Shown one piece after another: positions 19,022 to 28,653 of a stretch of DNA of 64,000 bases. Made by a program: the position numbers and the translations under genes. Origin of the DNA: an uncultured Gammaproteobacteria bacterium (GTDB taxonomy: Bacteria; Patescibacteriota; Patescibacteriia; 2-01-FULL-39-33). The stretch spans positions 127,652 through 191,651 of the forward strand of contig CAZEKG010000001.1 in the NCBI GenBank assembly GCA_964512625.1, given 5' to 3'. The notes under the pieces are model-generated. The model was not told the origin of the DNA and did no database searches. It worked only from the letters and a program-made list of their open reading frames with translations. Within the stretch, counting starts at the first letter, position 1; every line of letters begins with the position of its first letter.

Positions 19022-19372
19022 TTAAGCCAGGAAAATCCTCTCCAACTCTCCTTTTAATGAAACTTTCTCGAAAGCCTCGATAACGTCATCAGCCTCTACT
19101 TTAGCCATATCTCTAAACCTGATTATTTCCAAACCGTCTAGGTCGGTTATTAAGCCGATTGAGCTGATACCAAAACTATTAGTCATAACTAAGGCTACGA
19201 CGGAAGATTGGCACCTTCGACATTTGACATGGATTAAATGGGCGTTATCGTTTTCATCAAGAACCTTGGCTTCCATGGGGTTGTATTGATAATGACAAAC
19301 CGGGCAATGGGTCATCATCTTCAATCCTTCCTCCGAAAATCGCCCGGCATTCTGAGGATTAATATCTTTCAT
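19022..19372 (-). CDS. hypothetical zinc-ribbon protein
   Basis: CPVCH...CRRCQ four-Cys arrangement. Confidence 0.45.
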   Translation of the reverse strand: MKDINPQNAGRFSEEGLKMMTHCPVCHYQYNPMEAKVLDENDNAHLIHVKCRRCQSSVVALVMTNSFGISSIGLITDLDGLEIIRFRDMAKVEADDVIEAFEKVSLKGELERIFLA

Positions 19373-19415
19373 ATATTTATTCTCCTTTCATCTTTATTGT
19401 GCAGGTTATAAGCCT

Positions 19416-20291
19416 TTAAGTCAAGCTAAAATCCTTATTTCGGCTCTTTACAAGCCCGTTTTGGCAGTAAATAAGCCCTGAATCGATTGTTTTATGATAA
19501 CATTCATTATTTAGGCTAAAATTAGACCTTTCCGCTTTCTCATGCCAAAGATGATAAGAAACGGCGCCATACCTTAAATTTTTCCTCTTAACTCCGCTAT
19601 TTATAAGCCTTTGAATTAATTCGTTATCTTCTCGTCCCCAACCGACAATATCTTCATTAAAACCGTTGACTTTAATCAAGTCTTGCTTCCAAAAACCGCA
19701 TTTTGAACCGCTTACTCCCTTTAAGGAATCTTCATAAGACTTAATAAAGCCACTAAACAAAGGAATCTTAAAGGGCCATTTCCTTATTAAATCAGTTAAA
19801 AACCAAAAAGCCCAAGGCCATCTAACCACACCGAATCGATTAGTAATCCCCTTAGAAGTAATACTTAATCTCAAATCCCTTTGTTTCAATATCTTATTTC
19901 TTAAGCTTATTTGAATATTCCGACCAAAGCTTTGGATATAATAACCAGGTGCCGCCGCTTTTAAATAATCAACGATGAAATATTTATCAAGAATCATGTC
20001 CTGATCAATGAAAATAAGATAATCAGAAGTGCTGGCATCAATAGCCAGGTTGCGAACCGCCGAAAGCCGAAAACCTAAATGTTCCTGAAAAACATACCTC
20101 AATAAACATTTGAATCGCGGCCTATATTCTTCAACTATCGATTTTATATCTTCATTAGAACCGTCATCAGCGATAATAACTTCCTCAGGCATTATTCGCT
20201 GTTTTAAAACGCTATCCAAACAAAGCCGAAAATGCTCCGGCCTATTATAGACAGTAATGATTAAGGCGATTTTAAAATTATTTTTCGGCAT
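19416..20291 (-). CDS. family 2 glycosyltransferase
   Basis: IALIITVYNRPE...DQD motifs. Confidence 0.75.
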   Translation of the reverse strand: MPKNNFKIALIITVYNRPEHFRLCLDSVLKQRIMPEEVIIADDGSNEDIKSIVEEYRPRFKCLLRYVFQEHLGFRLSAVRNLAIDASTSDYLIFIDQDMILDKYFIVDYLKAAAPGYYIQSFGRNIQISLRNKILKQRDLRLSITSKGITNRFGVVRWPWAFWFLTDLIRKWPFKIPLFSGFIKSYEDSLKGVSGSKCGFWKQDLIKVNGFNEDIVGWGREDNELIQRLINSGVKRKNLRYGAVSYHLWHEKAERSNFSLNNECYHKTIDSGLIYCQNGLVKSRNKDFSLT

Positions 20292-20294
20292 GAT

Positions 20295-21395
20295 TTATTT
20301 CCTTCCAATAACGCCGAACTTATGAATATTCTGAACAACTCCCATTAACAGCATGATACTAATTAAAAAGCTACCGCCGTAAGAAACAAAAGGTAAAGGA
20401 ATACCAGTAACCGGCAATAATCCTAGACACATGCCCACATTGATAAAAACTTGAACGAAAATAATCGTTAAGAGCAAAAGACCGACAAACATCCCGAAAT
20501 CATCAGGCGCCCGAACCGAAATCCGATATAGACGATAAAAAATAATGCCAAAGAAAATTAAAAGCATAACAACACCGAAAAAACCCAACTCTTCCGCAAT
20601 AACAGCAAAAATAAAATCTGTCTGACTTTCCGGAATAAATTTCAATTGGCTTTGTGAACCAAATCCCAAACCCCTGCCAAGCACCCTTCCAGCACCGACG
20701 GCAATAATAGATTGGCGGACATTATAACCACTGCCGAGCGGATCAAGAGAAGGATCAATAAAAGTCATAACGCGAGCTTTTTGATAATCCTGGAAAAGAA
20801 AAAACCATGCTCCCACAAAAATAAGGATCAAAGCAATATGCCAATTCTTTTTACTGATAAAAAAGAAGGAGGCAAACCAAATACTAAAAAGCATCATAGC
20901 GGAACCGAAATCAGGCTGTAAAACAACCAAGCCGAGCGGCAAAAAAACTACCAAACCTAAAAGCAAAGTTTGCCAAAGACGATGGACCCTTCTTACGTAC
21001 CGACTGCAAACATCAGCCAATACTAAAATAATCGAGACTTTCATTATTTCAACTGGTTGAAAATTCATAAAACCCAAAGAGAACCAACCTCTCGTTCCTT
21101 TAACTACCGAACCAAGTGGAGTAAGGACTAGTATTAAAAGAATGAGGCTTAATAAATAAATTACCCAACTCCAACGACGCCAATAATGATAATCAATATT
21201 GGAAATTAAAAACATAGCCGTTAAGCCGATCATCGTCCAAATGATTTGTTTTTGAAAATTGATGAATTGACCGGAGCCTTGGCCTAAAGCGACACTATAA
21301 ATAGCGGCTAAACCGAAAAAAACTAAAAACATGCTGGCAATAAATAAAGTCCAGTCAGTTTTTTTAAAGGGATTAAGAAGGGAGTTTAATTGCAT
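20295..21395 (-). CDS. SEDS family peptidoglycan glycosyltransferase (RodA/FtsW-like)
   Basis: Multi-TM protein with the conserved C-terminal LPxxGxxLPFxSYGGS motif. Three-nt gap after the ABC permease gene. Confidence 0.8.
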   Translation of the reverse strand: MQLNSLLNPFKKTDWTLFIASMFLVFFGLAAIYSVALGQGSGQFINFQKQIIWTMIGLTAMFLISNIDYHYWRRWSWVIYLLSLILLILVLTPLGSVVKGTRGWFSLGFMNFQPVEIMKVSIILVLADVCSRYVRRVHRLWQTLLLGLVVFLPLGLVVLQPDFGSAMMLFSIWFASFFFISKKNWHIALILIFVGAWFFLFQDYQKARVMTFIDPSLDPLGSGYNVRQSIIAVGAGRVLGRGLGFGSQSQLKFIPESQTDFIFAVIAEELGFFGVVMLLIFFGIIFYRLYRISVRAPDDFGMFVGLLLLTIIFVQVFINVGMCLGLLPVTGIPLPFVSYGGSFLISIMLLMGVVQNIHKFGVIGRK

Positions 21396-21397
21396 AA

Positions 21398-22645
21398 TTA
21401 TTCGTGTCTTATAGCACTAATCGGATCAAGGCCGGCCGCTTTTTGGGCCGGATAATAACCGAAAATCAGTCCGACGGCGCCACAAAAGCCGAAGGCGATC
21501 AGGATAGAAAGGAATGATAAATTAAAATTCCAAGAAAAGCCGAAATTACCAGCCACTAAACTAATGAGAAAAGAAATAAGAATACCAGCAATAATCCCGA
21601 AGAAACCGCCTAAAAGCGTTACCGCTATCGCTTCAGCCAAGAACTGCCAAAGAATTTGTTTTTTCTTAGCGCCTAAAGCTTTTCTTAAACCGATTTCAAA
21701 AGTTCTCTCCGTAACAGAAACATACATAATATTCATAATACCAACCCCGCCGACTGCTAAAGAAATTCCGGCTAAAGCGACTAACAATAGAGTAATACCG
21801 CCGAAGATGGTATCGATCATTTTCCTTGCCTCCTCCATAGTTGTGACTGCGAAATCGTCATCTTCCGGATTAGTTATACTGTGCCTTTCTCTTAAAAGCT
21901 GGGCTATATCATCAGCTGTTTGATCCTGAATCGCTGGGTTCTTAACTTGGGAAGTAACCATTAAAACATAATCTATGCCCATAATTATTTTTTGAGCTGT
22001 TTGGATAGGCATAAAAAACATATTATCATAGTCAAGGCCAAAACTAGCTCCTCTTTCCTTAAAAACTCCAATGACACGGAATTTATTTTTACCGATTTTA
22101 ATACTTTGACTTATGGGATCCTGATTACCAAAAAGCTTGTCAGCCAACTTACTACCTAAAATGACTACTCGTGCTAATTCATTATCTTCCTCGGGCGTAA
22201 AAAAGCGGCCTTTAACGATTTCTGATTTATCAATATTAATAAAGCCGGGGGAAACGCCAAAAAAATTAGTAGATTTATTTTGATCTTCGTGGGAGACTAC
22301 TTGTTGTCCGATAACGGCCGCATAATAAGCTTTAATATTGGGCAGTCTGCCGATCGCTTCCGCATCGCTTAATTTCAAAGTTGTTATTTGGACTCCCTGA
22401 GCCATACTGCCGGCATTAGCGGTTGAATTCTTACCAGTAGAGGGAACCTTAACTTCGGTTTGAATTAAATTAGAACCAAAGGATTCAACTTGACCGAGCA
22501 CTAAACCCTTTAAGCTTTCTCCGGCTGACATAACGATAATAACCGCCGCAATACCGATCATAATACCTAAAACCGTTAAAAAGGTTCTACTTTTATGCAG
22601 GATCAAGGAATTCCAAGCGATTTTAATGGGAAGAAATATATTCAT
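21398..22645 (-). CDS. ABC transporter permease, FtsX/MacB-like
   Basis: N-terminal TM, MacB periplasmic core domain, C-terminal FtsX 3-TM bundle. Confidence 0.8.
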   Translation of the reverse strand: MNIFLPIKIAWNSLILHKSRTFLTVLGIMIGIAAVIIVMSAGESLKGLVLGQVESFGSNLIQTEVKVPSTGKNSTANAGSMAQGVQITTLKLSDAEAIGRLPNIKAYYAAVIGQQVVSHEDQNKSTNFFGVSPGFINIDKSEIVKGRFFTPEEDNELARVVILGSKLADKLFGNQDPISQSIKIGKNKFRVIGVFKERGASFGLDYDNMFFMPIQTAQKIIMGIDYVLMVTSQVKNPAIQDQTADDIAQLLRERHSITNPEDDDFAVTTMEEARKMIDTIFGGITLLLVALAGISLAVGGVGIMNIMYVSVTERTFEIGLRKALGAKKKQILWQFLAEAIAVTLLGGFFGIIAGILISFLISLVAGNFGFSWNFNLSFLSILIAFGFCGAVGLIFGYYPAQKAAGLDPISAIRHE

Positions 22646-22648
22646 AAA

Positions 22649-23884
22649 TTATTCATATCTTAAAGCCTCGATAGGATCAAGCTTAGAAGCTTTAATAGCC
22701 GGATAAAGACCGAAAATCAAACCAACTAAGAAAGCGACGGCAAAGCCGACTAAAATGGAAATGGGACTAATAACTAAATCCCAATTATAACCGAGATACT
22801 TGGCAACAACCGCCACTAAAACGGAAAAGAGTGAGCCTATGATAATACCAATAATACCACCGACTAAGGTTATAACGATTGACTCAACTACAAACTGCCT
22901 AACAATGTCCGAGGGTTTAGCGCCGACCGCCTTTCTTAAGCCAATTTCCCTAATTCTTTCATTGACTGAAGCCAGCATGATATTCATAACACCAACACCG
23001 CCGACAATAAGAGATATCGCCGCAATCGCCGCTAAAAAGAATTTTAAAGCGTCAGTTATACTAGTTAAAGTATCAATAGCTTCCTTAGTATTTCTGACAC
23101 TAAAATCTTCGGCATCTGCTTCTTTGAGGTTATGGCGATCTCGTAGAAGTAGTCTAATATCATTAGTCGCTTGATCCATCTTGTCGGGAGAAGAAACCTT
23201 GACTCGGATATAATTAATATAATTAACGCCCAACATGATATTTTGGACCGTTGAAACTGGTAATAAGATTATCGTATCCTGATTCTGGAAGCCGGCCACG
23301 CCTCTTTTATTCATAACTCCGATAACTTCAAAAAATTCTTTCTTGATTTTTATTTTCTTACCAATCGGATCCTGGCCGTTAAAAAGGTTCTGCCAAGTCT
23401 CATAGCCTAAAACTGCGACGCGAGCATTATTGCGCTCTTCCTCGGCCGTAAAAAAACGACCAGACATGACCTTCGACTCCTCAACATCAACATAGCCACT
23501 CATCACGCCGTAATAATTGCCATCACTGGAATTATTTTGATAAGTCGATTTAGCGATGCCAGTATTGTAAGAAGAAACAGCGGCAATATTTTGGATTTGC
23601 TCGCCAATAGCTCGAGCATCCTCATACTTCAGGGTTGTTATAACGATGCCAAGGGCCGAAGCCGGCGGACCATTACTGTCTGAGGCGCCAGGCAAAATAC
23701 CGATTAAGTTAGTCCCGACTGAATTAAGCTGATTGATTATAAGACTTTGCGCTCCAGCACCGACTGAGATAATAATAATAACCGCGGCAATACCGATAAC
23801 GATTCCCAAGCTAGTTAAAAAACTGCGAACTTTATTAGCTCGCAAAATAGAAAAAGATAGTTTTATGGTCTCAGATAGTCTCAT
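22649..23884 (-). CDS. ABC transporter permease, FtsX/MacB-like (paralog)
   Basis: Same architecture as the neighbouring permease. Confidence 0.8.
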   Translation of the reverse strand: MRLSETIKLSFSILRANKVRSFLTSLGIVIGIAAVIIIISVGAGAQSLIINQLNSVGTNLIGILPGASDSNGPPASALGIVITTLKYEDARAIGEQIQNIAAVSSYNTGIAKSTYQNNSSDGNYYGVMSGYVDVEESKVMSGRFFTAEEERNNARVAVLGYETWQNLFNGQDPIGKKIKIKKEFFEVIGVMNKRGVAGFQNQDTIILLPVSTVQNIMLGVNYINYIRVKVSSPDKMDQATNDIRLLLRDRHNLKEADAEDFSVRNTKEAIDTLTSITDALKFFLAAIAAISLIVGGVGVMNIMLASVNERIREIGLRKAVGAKPSDIVRQFVVESIVITLVGGIIGIIIGSLFSVLVAVVAKYLGYNWDLVISPISILVGFAVAFLVGLIFGLYPAIKASKLDPIEALRYE

Positions 23885-23940
23885 CCCGGTTTATAAAGAT
23901 TCTTAAATAGCGGCCATTTTAATACTTAAAAAAATGGAAA

Positions 23941-24660
23941 TTATTTCATCAATTCCTCCCCGTCTTTAGCTGAGCGACGATTACTTACTCGATCATCATT
24001 ACAAATAAGGCCATCGCACATCTTGATTATTCTCTTAGCATGGCGCGCTGTATCACTTTCATGAGTAACAAGAATAATGGTCTTACCCTTATCATTCAAT
24101 TCCTCAAGGATTTCCATAATGGCATTGCCGGACTTACTATCCAAGTTACCGGTCGGCTCATCAGCGAAAATAAGTGACGGGTTGTTTACTAAAGCGCGGG
24201 CAATCGCGACTCGCTGCTTTTCACCGCCGGAAAGCTGATTGGAAAAATTATTAATACGATGATTAAGGCCGACCGCTTCAATAGCGCTAAGAACGGCCTG
24301 ATGCTGATCCTTCCGTTTACTGTACAATAAAGGCAGTCTAACATTCTCGTAAACCGTAGTTTTCGGTAAAAGATTAAAAGCTTGAAAAACAAAGCCGACT
24401 TCCTCGTTTCTTATTTGAGCTAACTGATTATCATCAAGATTACTAACATCCTTATCTTTAAAAAGATAAGTTCCGCTAGTTAGAACATCAAGAAAACCAA
24501 GAATATGCATCAAGGTTGACTTACCTGATCCCGAAGGACCCATAATAGCTAAAAATTCTCCCGCCTCAACCTTGAAATTAAGGCCGAAAAGAACGTTGGT
24601 CACTAATTCTTCGTTGACATAATCCTTCTTTAAGTCGCGGACTTCTATAAGAGTAGACAT
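23941..24660 (-). CDS. ABC transporter ATP-binding protein (MacB/LolD-type)
   Basis: Walker [10 protein letters not shown], signature LSGGEKQR, Walker B IFADEPT. Confidence 0.9.
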   Translation of the reverse strand: MSTLIEVRDLKKDYVNEELVTNVLFGLNFKVEAGEFLAIMGPSGSGKSTLMHILGFLDVLTSGTYLFKDKDVSNLDDNQLAQIRNEEVGFVFQAFNLLPKTTVYENVRLPLLYSKRKDQHQAVLSAIEAVGLNHRINNFSNQLSGGEKQRVAIARALVNNPSLIFADEPTGNLDSKSGNAIMEILEELNDKGKTIILVTHESDTARHAKRIIKMCDGLICNDDRVSNRRSAKDGEELMK

Positions 24661-24683
24661 GATAATTTTCTTAAGCTAGTAAT

Positions 24684-26444
24684 TTAGGGAGTGGCAGCGC
24701 CCTTTGTAAAAGTAACCACCTTTTCTCCTTCGCTCAAGCCGGAAGTAATTTCAACTAAGCCATTATCCGCTCTTAAGCCGGTCGTAACGATTTTTTCTAC
24801 CGCCTGGCCGTTCTCTAAGACCTGGACATATTTAACCGGATTCTCGCCTAAAGCCGTATCCTTAAGTCTAACTGCTCTTTGAGCGATATATAAAACATCT
24901 TGCTTTTCGTTAGTAACTAAAGTCACATCAGCCGTCATGCCTGGCTTTACTTGTTCGATAAAAGAATCCTCGTTAAAAATAACCGTCGTTTTATAATAAG
25001 TGACATCCTGAATAACCGTTTGAGCCGGATCGATAAAAGTGACGCTGCCGGAAAAAAGATGATCATTGCCGAAAGCATCAAGATTAATAACCGCTTTATC
25101 GCCGATTTTTATCTTAGTGACATCGGACTCCGGGATATCGACTTTAATCTGATATTTTAAATCGCTTTGCATTTGAATGACCGACTGAGACATACTAGTT
25201 TGTTCGCCAAGATTGAAATTTACTTTATTGACTCGGCCGTCGATCGGGGCTTTAATCGAGTAATCGTTAAGATTGGCAAAAAGCGCGTCTAGTTGAGCTT
25301 GGGCCTGCGCCACATTAGCTTCAGCCGAAGCTAAATCGAAACTTCTCGGACCGGCCTTTTTCAAAGCCAATTGAGCTTGGGCGATAGAAAGAGCATCGGA
25401 AGCCGCCTTGATTTGAGAATCGTAAGTGTTTGTCGTATTGATAACACTGCCGGGATAAGTGGCGATCGCGGAATTAAGATTGGCTCGCGCCGTTTGCAGC
25501 GAAGAAATGGAAGTATTGACTGCCGTTTGCTGGCCGCTGATATCCGATTTAATCGAGCTGATAGTAGCTTGAGGATAATTGGAATTTTCAATGATACTAT
25601 TGGCTAAATCATAAGAATCATTAAGTAAGGTCAATAAAGTATTCAAGAAATTTTTAGCATTGTCCGCTACTTTCATTAAATCACCATTAGTAGTTCCTGA
25701 ATTTATGGAGCCGACCTGTTTCTTAATCTCTAAAAAACTGTCTATGGTTATATTGTAATTATTATCAACCCGATTCTTTAAGCCGATATTGGAAACTTGC
25801 ATGTTTTGATTCTTTGAAGTATCGACTAGCTTATCATTGATCTTATTAAGAGCGACTTGAGCGACGGAAATACTACTATTTAAATAATTGATATTGCTGT
25901 CCCTTAGATTACTGACCTGTTCATTATAATCGCTCTGCATAGTCGCTAACTTATCCTGTTTTTGAGTGATTAGATTGTTCAAATCATTCTGAGCTTTATT
26001 TACCTGCTCCTCATAAACTTGTATATCTTCGGAACCGGCGCCAGCCTTAACCTTTTGATAATTAGCAACCGCCGAACTGACATTCGCTTGAGCCTGTTTT
26101 ACCTGAGCGCTTAAACTAGCAGAATCAATCCGAGCTAAAACTTGTCCAGCCTTAACGATTTGACCCTCTTTAGCATCAAGAAAAACCAGCTTGCCCGGAG
26201 ACTTAAAATTCAAAGAGATATCTTCCGACGGCTCGACTGAACCGGTAGCTGAAACAGTTTGAGTCAAACTGCCTTTTTTAACATCTTCCGTCGTATACTG
26301 GACCGTCGGCTTCTTATTCAACAAACTAAAAACAACCGCTCCAATTATAATAATTAGAAGAGCTATCAGGCCCCAAAACCATTTTTTCTTAAAAATCTTT
26401 TTCATAAAATATGATAAATTATGGATTATAAAAACCATTTTCAC
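24684..26444 (-). CDS. periplasmic adaptor (membrane fusion protein, HlyD/MacA family) with an extended coiled-coil
   Basis: N-terminal TM, barrel-sandwich/lipoyl motifs, and a very long Q/N/A-rich coiled-coil hairpin; 586 aa. Confidence 0.75.
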   Translation of the reverse strand: MKMVFIIHNLSYFMKKIFKKKWFWGLIALLIIIIGAVVFSLLNKKPTVQYTTEDVKKGSLTQTVSATGSVEPSEDISLNFKSPGKLVFLDAKEGQIVKAGQVLARIDSASLSAQVKQAQANVSSAVANYQKVKAGAGSEDIQVYEEQVNKAQNDLNNLITQKQDKLATMQSDYNEQVSNLRDSNINYLNSSISVAQVALNKINDKLVDTSKNQNMQVSNIGLKNRVDNNYNITIDSFLEIKKQVGSINSGTTNGDLMKVADNAKNFLNTLLTLLNDSYDLANSIIENSNYPQATISSIKSDISGQQTAVNTSISSLQTARANLNSAIATYPGSVINTTNTYDSQIKAASDALSIAQAQLALKKAGPRSFDLASAEANVAQAQAQLDALFANLNDYSIKAPIDGRVNKVNFNLGEQTSMSQSVIQMQSDLKYQIKVDIPESDVTKIKIGDKAVINLDAFGNDHLFSGSVTFIDPAQTVIQDVTYYKTTVIFNEDSFIEQVKPGMTADVTLVTNEKQDVLYIAQRAVRLKDTALGENPVKYVQVLENGQAVEKIVTTGLRADNGLVEITSGLSEGEKVVTFTKGAATP

Positions 26445-26536
26445 TCACTATAATATAACATAAATAGAAATCAAAGTCCATAAAAAAACAAGCCGTCATT
26501 CGGCCTGTAATCTCGTTCATTATTCTTAAAAAAATG

Positions 26537-27445
26537 CTAAGAAAAAATCAGCATATACCAAAGCATTAGAGAGATAATAAAAGCTGCCAGCTTATACTGC
26601 CAATTACGGGTTAAAATAGCATGCCAAGAAGCGTTAGCTCGGCTTAAATCGACATTTTCCTTAATAAATTTATTAATCACTTCTTCGAGGATCTTCATAT
26701 CGTTTATCTTCTTAAGCTTACCCTCGGAAGCTAAAGAAATAGTTCCGCGCTCCTCGGAGACGATAATCGCTAAAGCGTCAGTCGCTTCCGTTATTCCCGC
26801 GCCGGCCCGATGCCTTGTTCCGACGCTCTCATATTTATCAAACTTAAGCGCCAAAGGAAGATGAACGCCGAATTTTTTAATTCGATTGTTTTCAATAATA
26901 ATCGCCCCGTCATGGCCCGGAGACGAAGGATCAAAGATGCTTAAAAAAAGCGGAACCGAAATCTTGCCCTCAAGATTAATTCCACCTTCAATAAACCCTT
27001 CCAGGGGCTGTTCCCCCGGCAAGACGATAAGGGCTCCGAACTTCCTTTTACTTAATTCAATGATAGCCTCATACATTTTTTGAGCCGCTTCCGAAGAAAC
27101 TATCTTTTTCCTATTGGCGGCTAAGCGATGGCCGGCGGCAGAAAACCATTCAAAAAACTTCCTAATATCCCTTTGGAAAACTACGACTAAAACGACCATG
27201 AAGAAAGTTAAAAACGGCCTGAAAAGAGTTTGTGTCAATTTAAAATCTATCGCCTCAGCAAAATAATTAAGTCCGATAAAGCCGAAAAAGATATAAAGGA
27301 CGAAATAAAACCTGGTTCGTTTGATAAAAACCATAACCACATAAATAACTGCCGCTACGACAAAAACATCGACAAAATCCTTCAGCTTCATGATACTGAA
27401 AATATTAAGCAGGAATAAGGGTAAGTTTTCCAATAAAGCCAGCAT
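26537..27445 (-). CDS. cdaA: diadenylate cyclase CdaA (c-di-AMP synthase)
   Basis: Three N-terminal TM helices and a DAC domain with the DGA(III) and GTRHRA motifs. Confidence 0.85.
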   Translation of the reverse strand: MLALLENLPLFLLNIFSIMKLKDFVDVFVVAAVIYVVMVFIKRTRFYFVLYIFFGFIGLNYFAEAIDFKLTQTLFRPFLTFFMVVLVVVFQRDIRKFFEWFSAAGHRLAANRKKIVSSEAAQKMYEAIIELSKRKFGALIVLPGEQPLEGFIEGGINLEGKISVPLFLSIFDPSSPGHDGAIIIENNRIKKFGVHLPLALKFDKYESVGTRHRAGAGITEATDALAIIVSEERGTISLASEGKLKKINDMKILEEVINKFIKENVDLSRANASWHAILTRNWQYKLAAFIISLMLWYMLIFS

Positions 27446-27457
27446 GAAAATTAAAAA

Positions 27458-27958
27458 TTAATTAAGGATTACTGGCATTAAACCGCCAACAATTATAAAA
27501 ATTACAAAAAAAACATACTTAAAAATTCTTTCAGCTGCCGTAGACGGCTCATGAATGACATTAATGATCGAATAACAAAGCATTAATAAGATAGTTGCTA
27601 TAAAATAAGCCAAAGCAACCTCATGATACATGGAATTAGTCATTAGTCCGACAGCATTAAAAACAAAAATATTACCTAAAGTATTAGTAATCCAACCTAA
27701 ATAATCCCAAGTCTTCGTTTCTCTCCAATAACCTATCTTAGAATAAGCTAAAGTAGAAACATAAAGTAACGGTATGGCTAAGACTAGCTGGAAGATCATT
27801 ACTTGACTAACTCTTTCAGGACTTAAAGTTAAAGCGAGAGTTAAAATAAAAAATAAACTCCCCATCATAAAGGAATTGATAGCGACTTTAGAAGCCGCTT
27901 TTTCCGGATTAGTCCTAAAGACTTCTTTTTTCGGTTTTCTTTTCTTAAATATCCTCAT
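27458..27958 (-). CDS. hypothetical integral membrane protein
   Basis: 166-aa ORF with about four hydrophobic helices. Confidence 0.5.
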   Translation of the reverse strand: MRIFKKRKPKKEVFRTNPEKAASKVAINSFMMGSLFFILTLALTLSPERVSQVMIFQLVLAIPLLYVSTLAYSKIGYWRETKTWDYLGWITNTLGNIFVFNAVGLMTNSMYHEVALAYFIATILLMLCYSIINVIHEPSTAAERIFKYVFFVIFIIVGGLMPVILN

Positions 27959-28081
27959 AAATATATTTTAACCTAAAATAAAATGTTTTAAAAGCATTAG
28001 GTTGACAAATTAAAATTAAAAGGTAATATTTAGATTGCCTTAACTCTTATATAATGTCACCACAAGGAAGGAGAGCTGGTC

Positions 28082-28582
28082 ATGATCCCTAGGTACTTTT
28101 TCGAGAAGGTCCTGAAGAACGGAATCGAGATCGATTTCGTCGAAGTAGTCCTTGATCCCGAAATCGCAGCAGAAATGCTCATCTTTGGAGCCAATTTCCA
28201 AATCGTTGAAAGAGGACACTTCGATTCAAGAGAACGTCTCTTGTCATTTGAGCACTTTCCGAAAGATGCTCAAAACCCAAGACGTATCGCCCTCGTCCGG
28301 TTCAAGACCGAAGTCAAGCCCGGAGAAGATGTCCTTCCTATCTTTAAGGAGTTTAACATCACTCCCGCAACCCTGATCGATATCCTAACTATCAATCTCC
28401 AACACCCCGGAGTAGTTGATGAATCCCCAATCGTCGCGCTCGGCGATATGAAGCAAGTCGGCGGCGAAAAGCACGCCCCAGCAATCAGCGGTAAAAGCGA
28501 CTGCCGATATCTCAATATGATGTTCTGCCTGGATGATGTTCCACGCAACGTCCGCTACGCCGGAGTCATTACCTGCTACTAA
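28082..28582 (+). CDS. hypothetical protein, GC-rich orphan ORF (cassette c, gene 1)
   Basis: 166-aa ORF with ~48% GC. Preceded by TTGACA at ~28004 and TATAAT at ~28054; RBS AGGAGA. Confidence 0.5.
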   Translation: MIPRYFFEKVLKNGIEIDFVEVVLDPEIAAEMLIFGANFQIVERGHFDSRERLLSFEHFPKDAQNPRRIALVRFKTEVKPGEDVLPIFKEFNITPATLIDILTINLQHPGVVDESPIVALGDMKQVGGEKHAPAISGKSDCRYLNMMFCLDDVPRNVRYAGVITCY

Positions 28583-28585
28583 GCC

Positions 28586-28611
28586 AACCCCGCAAAGCCG
28601 GGGTTTTTATT
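28586..28611 (+). terminator. rho-independent terminator
   Basis: CCCCG-CAAAGC-CGGGG followed by TTTTT. Confidence 0.65.
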
Positions 28612-28653
28612 TTAAGAAAAATAAAAAGCGCCAAACGTATTACGCGCTTGACG

